In this document: piece by piece, positions 47,401 through 58,174 of the stretch
How positions within the stretch are numbered: the first letter of the stretch is position 1
How the letters are laid out: each line of letters starts with the position of its first letter
Origin: Amoebophrya sp. A120
Taxonomy: Eukaryota; Protista; Dinoflagellata
NCBI GenBank assembly: GCA_905178155.1
Contig: CAJINV010000002.1
Coordinates: 10,524,709-10,588,708, forward strand
Length of the DNA stretch: 64,000 nt
Direction: 5' to 3'
Program-made: the position numbers and the translations under genes
Notes under the pieces: generated by a model
The model's database searches: none
Told to the model about the DNA's origin: nothing
What the model saw: only the letters and a program-made list of their open reading frames with translations

Positions 47401-47506
47401 AACGAGCCCTCAGCAAGCTGGCAAGAGGACAGGGTGCATGTAATGCGAAATAAAGCAGCAAAAATAGGGTTAACCCTGGGGTGCCCATGTCACGCTTTAT
47501 CTTCAT
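44464..47506 (-). CDS. Leucine-rich-repeat (F-box/LRR-like) protein; 2 exons separated by a non-canonical introner
   Basis: LPNLRRLTL, FPKLQKLSL, QLEHLEI, MPNLVTLHL, LVRLHL, KLKVLEL, HLEELHL. ORFs 46679..47527 and 44464..46572 fuse in frame (RHSF/FNEDD) on removal of 154 nt. Start uncertain. Confidence 0.7.
46535..46683. mobile_element. Introner/MITE-like element 6 (149 bp), about 48-bp imperfect TIR, 5-bp direct repeat AAAAG
   Basis: Left TATCCTGTGCAAAAGTATCGTAC...ATGCATTACAAAT; right end reverse-complemented TATGAATTGCAAAAGTATCGTAC...ATGCATTACAAAT. AAAAG at 46530-46534 and 46684-46688. Confidence 0.92.
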
Positions 47507-48033
47507 TTTGCAACAGAAGTTACTCACACGTGCTACTTAAGCCGTTTCCAATGAAACAATAAAGTTCGAGTGTAACGACTGAACGAAAACAAAACATCGA
47601 AACGAGCTTCCTTCCGTGTTGGGAGAAATGAAAATAACAACATGTATCTGTTCTGTGTGCTCGCCCCTAGTACTCATCAAGATGAAAAAGAAAAAAAGAG
47701 AACGAAAAACCATCTGTGGTGTTGCTGGACCACGCCCACGCGGAGAGTAGGTCATACCACGCACCGGGGACAAGGGCTCACGTCACTGTCCAACACAGTA
47801 GTGGTGGATGTAAGTATCTGATCTTCTTACATCTGAAAAACATAAGCATTGAGATTGACAGGCTCTCCATGCACACAGAATTGATCGTGTTGACGTGCCA
47901 CGTTGAAAGGAACAAGCACGCTTTTTACAGCATGCATCACCGAACACGTTTGCAAACATTCTTCATTCTCCTATGTTTGACAAGCCATAGCACATCAGAA
48001 CTGTTTCACTTCTTGAGGCTCGCCGCATTCTGA

Positions 48034-48630
48034 TCAACTTGCTATCCCTTTCCCTGACGAACTGTGCATTTTTTCCCGCGCAGCTAAGTCCACAAAAAGC
48101 GCGCTGCCAGTATTGAATAGAACTGTGCCATCTAATGAAGTTACTTTGCAGTTTGTGTTGTACTTGTATGTCAGTTCCGTGGCGGCACTTCCTGGGTCCT
48201 CGCGCGACCCTTGTTCCTCTCTGGAAACATTCGGAATGTCGCCCAACTGTGCTTCGAGCAGCACGAACGACTCACACGGCACGGGCTTCTTGTAGTTCAC
48301 ACTCAAATTCGCAGTGACGCACCGCTCGCTGTTGCTCACTTTGTTCACGCACCGCGCCATGCCCACATCCAACACCGTCGCAATGCAGCCACCGTGAACC
48401 ACCGCGCGCGGACCCTCGGTATTTCGGAAGTAATACACCAGTCCGCGTAGCTTCCTCTCGCTCGGAAAGAAGAACCACCGCCGCGCCACGCGGCCAGGAT
48501 CCAGCCAGTTTTCGTCACTGATAGGCTTGTCGTACTCTTCCAAGTCAGGGGCGTCCCCGTCCGTCTTCCATCTTGCAACCATTTCGAGAACGGAGGGGTC
48601 CGTATGCAGAATTTCAGCGCTAGCGGACAT
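48034..48630 (-). CDS. Hotdog-fold acyl-CoA thioesterase (PaaI/THEM4-like)
   Basis: EGPRAVVHGGCIATVLD and VTANLSVNYKKPVP motifs. Confidence 0.9.
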   Translation of the reverse strand: MSASAEILHTDPSVLEMVARWKTDGDAPDLEEYDKPISDENWLDPGRVARRWFFFPSERKLRGLVYYFRNTEGPRAVVHGGCIATVLDVGMARCVNKVSNSERCVTANLSVNYKKPVPCESFVLLEAQLGDIPNVSREEQGSREDPGSAATELTYKYNTNCKVTSLDGTVLFNTGSALFVDLAAREKMHSSSGKGIAS

Positions 48631-49884
48631 GATATGTTTTTTCCTAGATCTTGAACAAAATAATCCTGTTCCTGAGCAAAATGAAAATCGATGTTAGACT
48701 GAAAAGTAACTAATGGAATACTTAAAAATGTAGGGGGTCGACCTCGACGTTTGCGTTTCACACTGCGGCCAGAAAGGATCTTGCATAAGAGTGAGTGGAA
48801 CGACGAGAGCAACACCTTCTATGGATGCGTGGCGGACACGGGCACGATGTTGACGAAAGAATAGAATAACAGCGGCAGAAGAGAGATCCAATAGATATGC
48901 ATATCGTGACAATTCTTTTGTTCGTTCACAATCACAGACGCGACCGAAATAGAAATTGCTCCTTCATCACATCTTCTAGGTAAGTAAGACCCATTTTTTC
49001 GCTGTCCTACTCTTTCTTTGATTTCATTTTCCAGAACAGTGCCTGCGGCAATGCTTTATCGATCTGTGTGCGCTTCCTCCTTCACCTTTCGAGCTGCAAC
49101 AGCCATCGGAATTTCCTTTTGCATTCACTTCTTTCGAGAAACAGCATCAGGCCAGCTAGTGTCGCCAGCAATGCAAAAGCAGCAGCACATTGCTTCAACG
49201 CAATGAATCAGAATACGTTTCTTCAAACTTCTACTTCTGTTTCATTGATGGAGTGCTTCTCCTTGGCTCGAGACAACGAACAGAAAAAGATGCTTTTCTT
49301 CTTTTTCTAAAATGCACGATCAATCTTTTGTTCGATTTTGGTTTGACAGACATGGATATAACAGAGCGTGCTCAAGTAGAAACAAAGTTAGTTTAGTACG
49401 CAAAAGTTTTAGTTCTGCTTCGCGTCATTCATAAGTCTTGCCTTTGCGCCACGTGACGGGGTCAAACACCCCAATTCGATTACAAAAATCGCGAGGCAGA
49501 TAATGGTCCGCGAAAATGGAGCGTATGTGTAACGAATCTGCGTAGCATCTTCTCGTATCCATACAGAAGTATTCTTTCAGGGCACACCAACCCGTAGCGA
49601 GTCTTTATTCTTGTCTGCTAGAGGCTGTTCATTTTGACAGGCAGGAGCGAAACAGAAACGGCATGCGGATGATGATAGATCAAACGAAGATAGAAGCAGC
49701 AGGACATTTTCGTGCGTAAACTGGAGTTTTTTCATTTGTTTCCAACTCGAACTCCCAGCGAAAACGATGAATAAGAAAGGAAACAAATCGATCGCTCAAA
49801 AAAATGTGCTGAGGTTTGTATGAATAAAACAAAAGAAACCTACGTACCGGTATCAGACAAAAATTGCCGAGATCGGCCCCCCCC

Positions 49885-51810
49885 TTAGCAGCATGTACTC
49901 CGAGCGCGTCGGGAATGGGTCTTTTCGAATCCCTGTCCTGCGCAGCAGTAGGGTAGGACGTAATTTCCACACTCCCCGAGCAAGTAGTGCCGGTAAGGAA
50001 GCCCGTACTCGGTACCCAGCACTTGCTCCGCCATGAAGGCGACAAAGTGGCAGCAGTTCTTCTGCAGCAAATTGTAGCCGCTCCAAAGTTCTGACGCATT
50101 CACAATGTCGAGCAAGTGGTGCAACTCCGCCTTCGAAAGAAAAGTGTACCCGAAGTAGATGGATTTCTTGAACATTTCGGCATACGCACTGGAGCTGACC
50201 TTGGGTTCGCTCATCTGCAGCACATTTTTGACCGAGAAATCGTACTCCGCGAAAATTTGGTCCCGGAGGTTGAAGATCGCGTCCGTATTCGCCGGCCCGT
50301 TACTGAGAACAGTGCCCATTTCGCCGACGACATGCTGCGCGTTGTAGTACCCCCGACCAGCGCTTTTGAAGAGCTGGCTCGCCGTCGTGCGCCACGGCAT
50401 CCGCTCCTGCTGATCGTCGTAGGTGTAACGGACGGCCTGCGGCCGCGCTTTGCGAGCACTCACGCAATTCCAGGTGCAGACCTCGTTTCTGTCGATCGTG
50501 CCCATGGGCAAAGCCATGGGGGCCCACAGCAAGGGATAGTCGGAAAAGTCCCGTGCGCGTTTCCCGAAATGTTCGAATGAGTTCCGACGTTGCTGCTGCT
50601 CCGGGCTACTCGTGAGCCGGAAAAGCCCCATTTTCTGCTCTTCTAGTGCGTTTGTGTACACGCCGAGCGCGTGGAGATAGGAGGCACTCTGGTCCCGCTC
50701 CTCGTTTGGGTTGTTCAGTTGCCCGAACGGGACCGACCGCATCTCCAGCCCCGCGTGGTACGCGCCAGCGGGGGAAACCGCGTTGAAACAGTTCGCGAGG
50801 CTGTACAGGTTTCCCCGCGCCACCTGCTGGTGCCAGTAGAAAGGCCGCACGTTCTGGATTGTCACGGTTTTCGTGATCATCGGATTTGGATTGATAATGT
50901 TTGACGGGCTTGGAATGCGATCCGCACCGAACGCATTTTGCCCGCCTAGCATGGACTGCAAAACGCCCACGGTGCGACCGACTACGCGCACGTTGTTCAC
51001 CTCGACAAAAGCCATGCTGGCGGTGATAGCACCACTACCGTGCGCACTGTTGTGCTCCACCTGGACCAGCAGCTCGCCGCCCAGCTTCAGCGTCGTGCCG
51101 TCGCCCGCGTCCGCGTGACGCAGCGCTGTCACGGTGGAGGTGCAGGAGTAGGTCAAGTCAAGCGCGACCGGGCGACTGGGGTCGCGGTCGCGGCCGGTGC
51201 CCACGTAAAACTGCACGGATCCAAACTCCTCCGCCAGGTGCCGGGAAAACTCGCCGACAAACTGCTCCCACGGCAGCGCGACCCGGCGGGTCTTGTCAAA
51301 AACGACGACCGGGGTCGCCCGATCGTGGTTGGACAAAACCGCGTAGCTGCCGGAGAAGATCAATCTCCGCCGGTAGTCCTGCACGTTGCGCATGCGTTGC
51401 GTTAGCGCCTCCATGTCCTGGCGTCGCGCGCCGGTGCGGCCGTGCTGGGGCAAAAAAGGCACAAAGTGCGTCCGCTCCGTGGGTGTCAGCCGGTCGCCCC
51501 AAACGCTCTCCCGGCCCTGAACTCGGCGCACCTGCTCTGCCGCCGCAAAGTCTTCCATGATGACCTCGGGAATTCCCCCCTCCAGCCCCAGCTCATAGTC
51601 GCTCGCCGAGATCCAATCGATCTGCGCGTAGTTGCTCTTCCTCAACAATACTGGAAAGACCGGCACGACATTTGATGACGGAAAAAAGAGCAGCCGCAGA
51701 AGGGAGTTGTACGCGAGGAGAAGAGAAGAATTCGAGCAAAAATGAAAGCCTCGTGTCGGATTTCTTCTTCCGGAGCGAGGACAAAACGGAGACCGCGACA
51801 TGCTTCGCAA
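49885..51810 (-). CDS. PPPDE/DeSI-family cysteine peptidase-like protein (start uncertain)
   Basis: GAYHAGLE (His) and SIYFGYT...WSGYNLLQKNCCHFVAFMAEQVLG (Cys) match PPPDE motifs. Confidence 0.75.
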   Translation of the reverse strand: MRSMSRSPFCPRSGRRNPTRGFHFCSNSSLLLAYNSLLRLLFFPSSNVVPVFPVLLRKSNYAQIDWISASDYELGLEGGIPEVIMEDFAAAEQVRRVQGRESVWGDRLTPTERTHFVPFLPQHGRTGARRQDMEALTQRMRNVQDYRRRLIFSGSYAVLSNHDRATPVVVFDKTRRVALPWEQFVGEFSRHLAEEFGSVQFYVGTGRDRDPSRPVALDLTYSCTSTVTALRHADAGDGTTLKLGGELLVQVEHNSAHGSGAITASMAFVEVNNVRVVGRTVGVLQSMLGGQNAFGADRIPSPSNIINPNPMITKTVTIQNVRPFYWHQQVARGNLYSLANCFNAVSPAGAYHAGLEMRSVPFGQLNNPNEERDQSASYLHALGVYTNALEEQKMGLFRLTSSPEQQQRRNSFEHFGKRARDFSDYPLLWAPMALPMGTIDRNEVCTWNCVSARKARPQAVRYTYDDQQERMPWRTTASQLFKSAGRGYYNAQHVVGEMGTVLSNGPANTDAIFNLRDQIFAEYDFSVKNVLQMSEPKVSSSAYAEMFKKSIYFGYTFLSKAELHHLLDIVNASELWSGYNLLQKNCCHFVAFMAEQVLGTEYGLPYRHYLLGECGNYVLPYCCAGQGFEKTHSRRARSTCC

Positions 51811-52513
51811 TAAATCTGAATGTCAAAAAATATAGTACATCAAGTGTTTTCTCATGTGGTCCCCAAGCGATGTTTTCCTCGCGCTCGGTGTGGTAAGCGA
51901 ATGTTGCTTCATCAGCGGCAAGTACGGAGTCAGAGATTTATGAACAATTTTTCGGAGAAGCAAAAAATTTCCCTTCCGTACGTAGCTTGCTATCGTAAAA
52001 CAAAAAGGCTCTAGTACATACCGATGTACTCAAGAAAAGCAGTAGTGCTCGGAATGCATGAAGCCAGAAACTGGATGCGCCGCGACCGCAAGTTGGGCTC
52101 TGCGATTCATTGGCATTCTTTCGTGTATACATTTCAGCCTATGTTTTTCGGTTTTCTCTTGTCACGGTAAAGAGCTGGATCGTCGTAGATAGGTCTCTTA
52201 CATATCATGCAATTGTTACTTTCCACATTCCAAAACTGCAACTGCTAAAGTACAGGTGTTGTATCGTGATCGTCAACTTCTGTGTAGCTTTTTCAAGAAA
52301 AACGGTACTGTACATTAATTTGGGCAAGACCACGTAACAAACTCGAAATCTGTAAGTAGGTTTTGATATGTTCTGTCTGTGAAACTAAATCAAAAGGATA
52401 AAAGCCAAATTGAAACATGAATGAAGCTGATTCCGTCTAGGGAAAATGATCTTGCTCGGCATACATCTGAATGAACAAAGACGAACGAAACAATTTGACC
52501 CGCAATCTCCTTT

Positions 52514-55500
52514 TTACACGTCTGCGGGAGAAACGTTCTTCGTGACCACCACCGGCGCAGAAGTAATGACGACTTTCTGGGGCCCCGGCGGCATGCTTGC
52601 CGCACCGTAGTTGTTGTACATGCCCTCGGGGCCAAACCCCTGGTCGTCTTCGAAATAGGGCTCGGGATCTTCCGCGACATGTCGGTTCTGCCGGATCACG
52701 TAAGAAACCCCAATCGCACAGCAGCAGACGCAGCAACACAAAATCAGGGGTAGAACCACGTACACAACCAGCCACTTGCCGCAAATCTGCAGGGTAGTAG
52801 ATTTGAATTTGGTTCTGATCCAGAACGATGCTTCCGCGAAATTGAAATATCTTTGCACAGGCGTGTCACGCTTTCGGAACCGGATGTCTTTCTAGAATAA
52901 AGCCACAAAATAACAATACCGTCTGGTCCGAGAGCTGGATTTGTTGTCGGCAACCCTGGACGTTGGCATCGGTCAACGCCGCTGTGGTGGTGCCGCCGCC
53001 CCGGGATTCGTCGCCCTTGTATCAATTGTAAAAATGTCTGGGTCTGGAAGAATGCAAGTTTGTCATGCTTGTCTGGCATGACTTGAGAATCTGTGTTGCA
53101 TAGGCACGAAAAGGCCCTCTGAACTGTCATGCAAAAACGCAGTTTGCCATGCGGAATACGTAAGACATGGGAGCCAAAAAACTTATCATGCATAGCTGCG
53201 TATTGCAGTCCGTCTACCATTCACTTTTAGCATCACAAGTTTCCAGACCCAGACATTTTTGCATTTGATACCTTGAACCAGTCAACGATCAAGACGGTTG
53301 GTCGTCTCTGCACCGCTAGCACGTCCTCAAGTGCTTCTGTTGTGACTCGTTTTCGGAAACTGGTGAAGTCTTCGCCCTTTACTTTTTCGGTGCGACGCCG
53401 GCGGGCCACGTTTACGGACGTCGGTCGAAAGGCAGAGTGCACGAACGCGCTGGAAGATGCGTCCTCGCCACCTCCCACTTCTTTCGAGTCAAGACGACCC
53501 GCCAAAGACGTCGCAGTGGTTCTCCGACCGCCGGTCTTTCTGCGGCCTGGCTGGGTTGCATTCGCTTGGTTCAGCGCGCCCCGAAGCACCGCGTCCTGTC
53601 CCTGGTCGATTTGGCCAATCATGTACGCATCTCCCGAGGACAATAAATCGTATTCGAAAATGGGCACCGTGATCATATTTTCGACTGTATTTCCACGATG
53701 AAACACTGTGCCACCGATTTTCACGAGCTCCCCGCCTGCATCTGTGTACGGGTTGTAACCCGGGTGTGCATTTGCGTTCTGCGCCAGAGTGATGGGCGCG
53801 TGCGCCCGCATGCATTCGCCAAGCATCCCCGCGTTCTCGCTGATCCGTGTCCCGCGCATGAGCGCCCCGCCCGTCTGCTCTTTCAGGTACAGCTGGTGCG
53901 TTTGCGGATCGTGAGCCCAAAAGGCGACGCGCTCACAGCCCACAAGCTCCTTCGCCACCGAACAGATGACCGGTAGAATGTCATCGTGATATGCTCTACC
54001 CTCGTGCGTGGTCACTTCCTCTAGCGCGTGGATCATGGCAAAGGTCACGCCCTCCAACACGCGTTTGGCTCTCCGCGCGTTCCAGGCATCCCACTCCTGC
54101 GACAGACTTTTGGTCATGGCCCACAAGGAATCCACGCAACGGTCGACGTCAATCTCCAGTTCCTTCATTCGCTCGCGAGACGACAACGCCGAAGTTCTTG
54201 GATCTACTGATGTAGCTGCGTCACCGAGGAATTTTCTTGCGTACGCCTCGAGCGACAAGCCGTCAGTTGTAGATATCACTACCATGCCCATGGCGGCCAA
54301 ACTGGTGAACGCCTTGCGTGCGGGTGGCGTCTTCAAGGGAAAGGCCATCCGTGTGGACTCCAATACGGGCTCGTTAGCGGCCAGCGCTTGCAGGCCAAAC
54401 TGAAACCACGGATCGTTCGCCGCCGTGCAGAGCATGCGATCGCTTTGGGATATCCGTCGCGGTTCCGCTGCCTTCGGTGCGGCCAAAACCCCGGACTTAC
54501 GGGTGGTCACGGACTGTCCGCTAAAGTAGTCCCGAAAGTCGAAGGTGTCTCTGCTGCCCACCATGCGAAGCGTGGTGCGGACCAGCAATCTCCGCTTCTG
54601 CACCTGGTCCCAGGCCTTCTGCAGACCTCTCTGCCCTCGGGGCGAGCGTTGACTCGTCGTATCACGGGCGGTCGGCTCGGCGGAGCTTTCCTGGCGCTCT
54701 AGTTCAGTGGTACCCGCAGACGAGCGCGTTCCATCGTGGGATTCCGATCGAAGACGCGCGGCGGCCACCACGGACGCCCGATACACTGCCGTATGCAGCA
54801 TATCAATGCCGGCCAGCCGGTCCTTGTCCTTGGCGTGCGACAGCATGGCTTCGGAGCTTCTCTTCACGTCCGCTCTATTCGTATTATCTGTAGCAGCGAC
54901 CTCTTCATCGGCGTAGTAATGGAAGTCGTCGTGCTGCTCCCTTAGCGCTGGCGCGTCAGCAGCCTCGTGGAGCCGCGCCGAGTGGGCCCGAATGGTCAAC
55001 GGATCGAATCGCAACGCCTTGTTCGGAAGATAATGCTGCACCGCGTCCGCAAGCACATTCTGCACATTTCCAGCTGATTCACCCGCTCGTGAGTAAAACC
55101 TTCGGCGTTCCTCCCGGTTCAGCGCCCGGGCGTAACGACAGATTGGGTCCGCCTCGTGCAAAATTTTCGCCGTGTGCCAGGCATGCGCCGCGCGTGCGTC
55201 CAACTGGATTACGTGGTCTACAGCGGAGGTGGCTGAATTTTTGCTACTTCTCGAACTGGGCTGGAAGAGCATTCGCCGCTTGTTTTCCGCGTTTTTGGAA
55301 AACCTCGGCTCATTTGTTCCACCAAATCCCAGCACTTGCTGGCGGTGCCGCTCCAAGCGCTCGTCTTCGGAAGCAATCTCAGCCGATATGGCTTTCGCGT
55401 AGTTCTGCTGGTTACCCTGAGCATTGATGCGCGAAGCGCTGCTCTGAGCAACTCCACCAGCTGCAGCGACGATGTGACTGGAGGACCCCACCGAATGCCG

Positions 55501-55896
55501 CCGCGTTACTTTCTTCGTATGCCCCCCCAAAGGGTGGGGATGCAAATGCTCCTCATCCTCTGCGTTGGCGTTTCGGCTGCTGCGCTTTTCCAATCTCTGG
55601 GCGATCACGTCCTCGATCTGGGAGTTTCGGAGCGACTCAAGCGCAGGATCCTCTCCTCGTGCCGCTTCTGGCAGCGGTGCAAGAGAACCTAGTGCACCTG
55701 CGCCGCATTCGGCCAACAGAATCCCCGCGTCAGCGTCCACAAGTTCGTAAACGCGAACGACCGCCAGTGGGTGATTGGCGATCTGCTCGCATAATCCCGC
55801 CCAGTCTTCGCACAACTCCTTTACGGAATGAAACTGCTTGCCTTCGCGGTGCACTACCAGTCCACTGGATCTCTTGGAGGGAGGTCTTCCATCCAT
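52514..55896 (-). CDS. GAF-domain protein with predicted C-terminal TM/Cys-rich tail; exons 55896-53272, 53015-52920, 52786-52514
   Basis: GAF-like ICSVAKELVGCERVAFWAHDPQTHQLY...GMLGEC...AHPGYNPYTD...NMITVPIF. In-frame GT-AG introns 53271-53016 (introner) and 52919-52787. Confidence 0.7.
53020..53270. mobile_element. Introner/MITE-like element 7 (251 bp, family A), 30-bp TIR, 5-bp direct repeat CCTTG
   Basis: TATCAATTGTAAAAATGTCTGGGTCTGGAA ... TTCCAGACCCAGACATTTTTGCATTTGATA. CCTTG at 53015-53019 and 53271-53275. Homologous to 37166-37417. Confidence 0.95.
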
Positions 55897-56890
55897 TATC
55901 GAGGATGACCTTGTTCTTCGCTGGATTGACTGATATACGAAGCTTCCTCACGTCGTACTCGATCCAGCGATCTTCCAGCAAGCAAAGGCCTGGCTTGATG
56001 GCACTAGGTCCACAACGCGATTCTAAATGCACCAACGGCACAAGCGACCGAGGCCCTCGCCACCTCGGATTTTCCCATCGGGGGGAGCAACGAGAAGGTG
56101 AAACCCGGAATCAAGTGACAGAGTTTTTAGGGGAAGGGTAGGGCGCTGATATGTCGTGGCTGGAAACTCAGAAACTTCAAAAACTACATTGGGAACACGA
56201 CTTACAGCATGGATGCATGGCTGGTAGCTTGGGGGAGGGATGACACGAATAAGGCTGGAGTAGTAATGAATGTCAATGAACTAAGAATCCTGGTGGGAGA
56301 TTTTGATTTCGGTAAAACGGTAACGGAGATACCAATCTCGATTCATAATGCACGACTTCTCGCACGACAAAGATCAGAACGAACGAAACGGAAACAAATT
56401 CCAAATGTCAGACAAGCCGATTTTTCTTTCAAGGGCGCACGAACCGAGAGTGAAAATGGCATTGGATTTATGAAATGGACGTTACAAGCGCAGACCGATC
56501 ATGAGCCGTTGTTTTGAGTACGACCTGTACCTCTGCAGTACGAGCAACCGAAGAAAACAACTATATATCGTCTTTTTTCACCGATTGTTTTTGTGTTACT
56601 TTAAAAGCGGGAGCTGCAAGGCTACTGCAGCTGCGACTACGTTTCATACGATCTCATCTAACTCGCAGCTGCACATGGTGCCTTTTGAGTGGCGCTTCAG
56701 AACAACAGCAACCATGTCACTTGCGTCGGAATGGCTAAGCAAATTGTAGCAGCCAAAATGATTGCGCCAGGTAATTTTGCAGATAGGTAAAAAAGTGAAA
56801 AAACGAGAAACTCGCGTTCGGAGGTTCGTGTAGTGAGAGCTAATTCCTTCAGTCGCTGTAAAGGTCTACTTGTTCTCGTCTGCTCTACTC

Positions 56891-58174
56891 TCATGCACCG
56901 CCGATGCGCTCGCTCTCATGATCTTCGGCTCGCTTTTTCTTTTTCTTTTTTTTCGCGCCGCCCAGTTCATTTTCAAGTGCTCCTAAAACTTGATCGACCG
57001 ACTCCAGCACTTCGTCTTCGTCTTCCGCGTCTTTCCGATCTCGCTTTTTCTTCTTTTTCTTCTCTGCGGACGACGCCACGTCCGGTGCAATGCTCTGTGG
57101 TTCTTCCTTCTCTACTCCACCAGCATCAGCAGCTACACCTTGTTCTGTCCCAGGAACGTCCGCACCTTCCCTGTTTTTTCTTTTTCTCTTCAGCTTCCCG
57201 CCCTCCGCGAATTGAAACACCTTTGCGATCACGTTGGTCCTTGCTACCTCAACCTGCGCGTCGCTCCCCGGTTCCCCGTTAGAGTGCGGCTCAATCTTGA
57301 ACTTCACTCTTGTCTGCTCCGGAATCAGCGCTTTCGTGTTCATATACGCCAAAAGCTCCTGTCGCTTTTCCTGACTCAATGGCACCTTGCTGGTTGAGTT
57401 GTAATCTCCTGCGGATTCCATTTGGAGTTCCTCGTCGTTTTCGTCCAATTCGTCCGCCAAAATCGGCTTAAGCGCCATACTGTTTTTCGGCGCGGACACT
57501 GTCACTCCGTGTTGGTTGATCAAATTTTGGTTCTTCACCGCCTGTTTCCTGTCGACGTCCTTCATCACCCAGTAGCGGCAAATGGGGTCCTTTACGTAGA
57601 CAAGTTGGTGCTCCTGCAGCATCTTGGCGGGGAACTTGACCGTGAAAAAATCCATACACCGCACTAGGACGAAATTCTCCTTACAGGTGATCACGCGGCC
57701 GGGAAAGAACTTCTTCGGGTCACAGAAGGGGTTGAAAATGATTGCGTTGAAGGTTACTCGCGTGTGGATGAACCCGAGCGAGGTGTGGGAGAAACCCGTG
57801 CCCACCGCCTTCTCCGCGCCGGTAAAAGAGAGGAGGTACCCCTGGCATTCCGGGAAGTAGTGAAGCAGGAGTTGACGCAGCAGTAAGTCCAATGCTTCGT
57901 CCATGCGCCCAAGCGCGCTCGGCATCAGCGCGACCTCCACTGTGATGCGACTGCGGGAAAAGTACCCCTCTTCCGCGCCCAGCTCCCGCCACCCCTCGTC
58001 TTCCTGCAGGGCGCGGTACAAATTTTCGATATCCCCGGTCTGCGTGGCGTCGGGGTGGCTGCGGCACCATTGTTCAAGTTCCGTCGCGGCCTCGTCCACC
58101 GTCATGGCAATCTCGTCGGTGAGTACGCGCATCCGCCGGAAGCGGTGTCGGATCGGATTGTTCGCCCAATTCAT
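56891..58174 (-). CDS. RNA polymerase I subunit RPA43-like (Rpb7 family) protein
   Basis: VALMPSALG...LLLHYFPECQGYLLSF...GFIHTRVTFNAIIFNP...GRV pattern plus Lys-rich nucleolar-type tail. Confidence 0.7.
   Translation of the reverse strand: MNWANNPIRHRFRRMRVLTDEIAMTVDEAATELEQWCRSHPDATQTGDIENLYRALQEDEGWRELGAEEGYFSRSRITVEVALMPSALGRMDEALDLLLRQLLLHYFPECQGYLLSFTGAEKAVGTGFSHTSLGFIHTRVTFNAIIFNPFCDPKKFFPGRVITCKENFVLVRCMDFFTVKFPAKMLQEHQLVYVKDPICRYWVMKDVDRKQAVKNQNLINQHGVTVSAPKNSMALKPILADELDENDEELQMESAGDYNSTSKVPLSQEKRQELLAYMNTKALIPEQTRVKFKIEPHSNGEPGSDAQVEVARTNVIAKVFQFAEGGKLKRKRKNREGADVPGTEQGVAADAGGVEKEEPQSIAPDVASSAEKKKKKKRDRKDAEDEDEVLESVDQVLGALENELGGAKKKKKKKRAEDHESERIGGA

Noticed and set aside
52744-53220. 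ORFs sharing VMPDKHDK..FFQTQT (also 37079..37312), and other duplicated peptides such as SIWGGGIFP and KSWQGIFVMQK
   Set aside because: Translation artefacts of the repeated or inverted element sequences, not proteins or a transposase.
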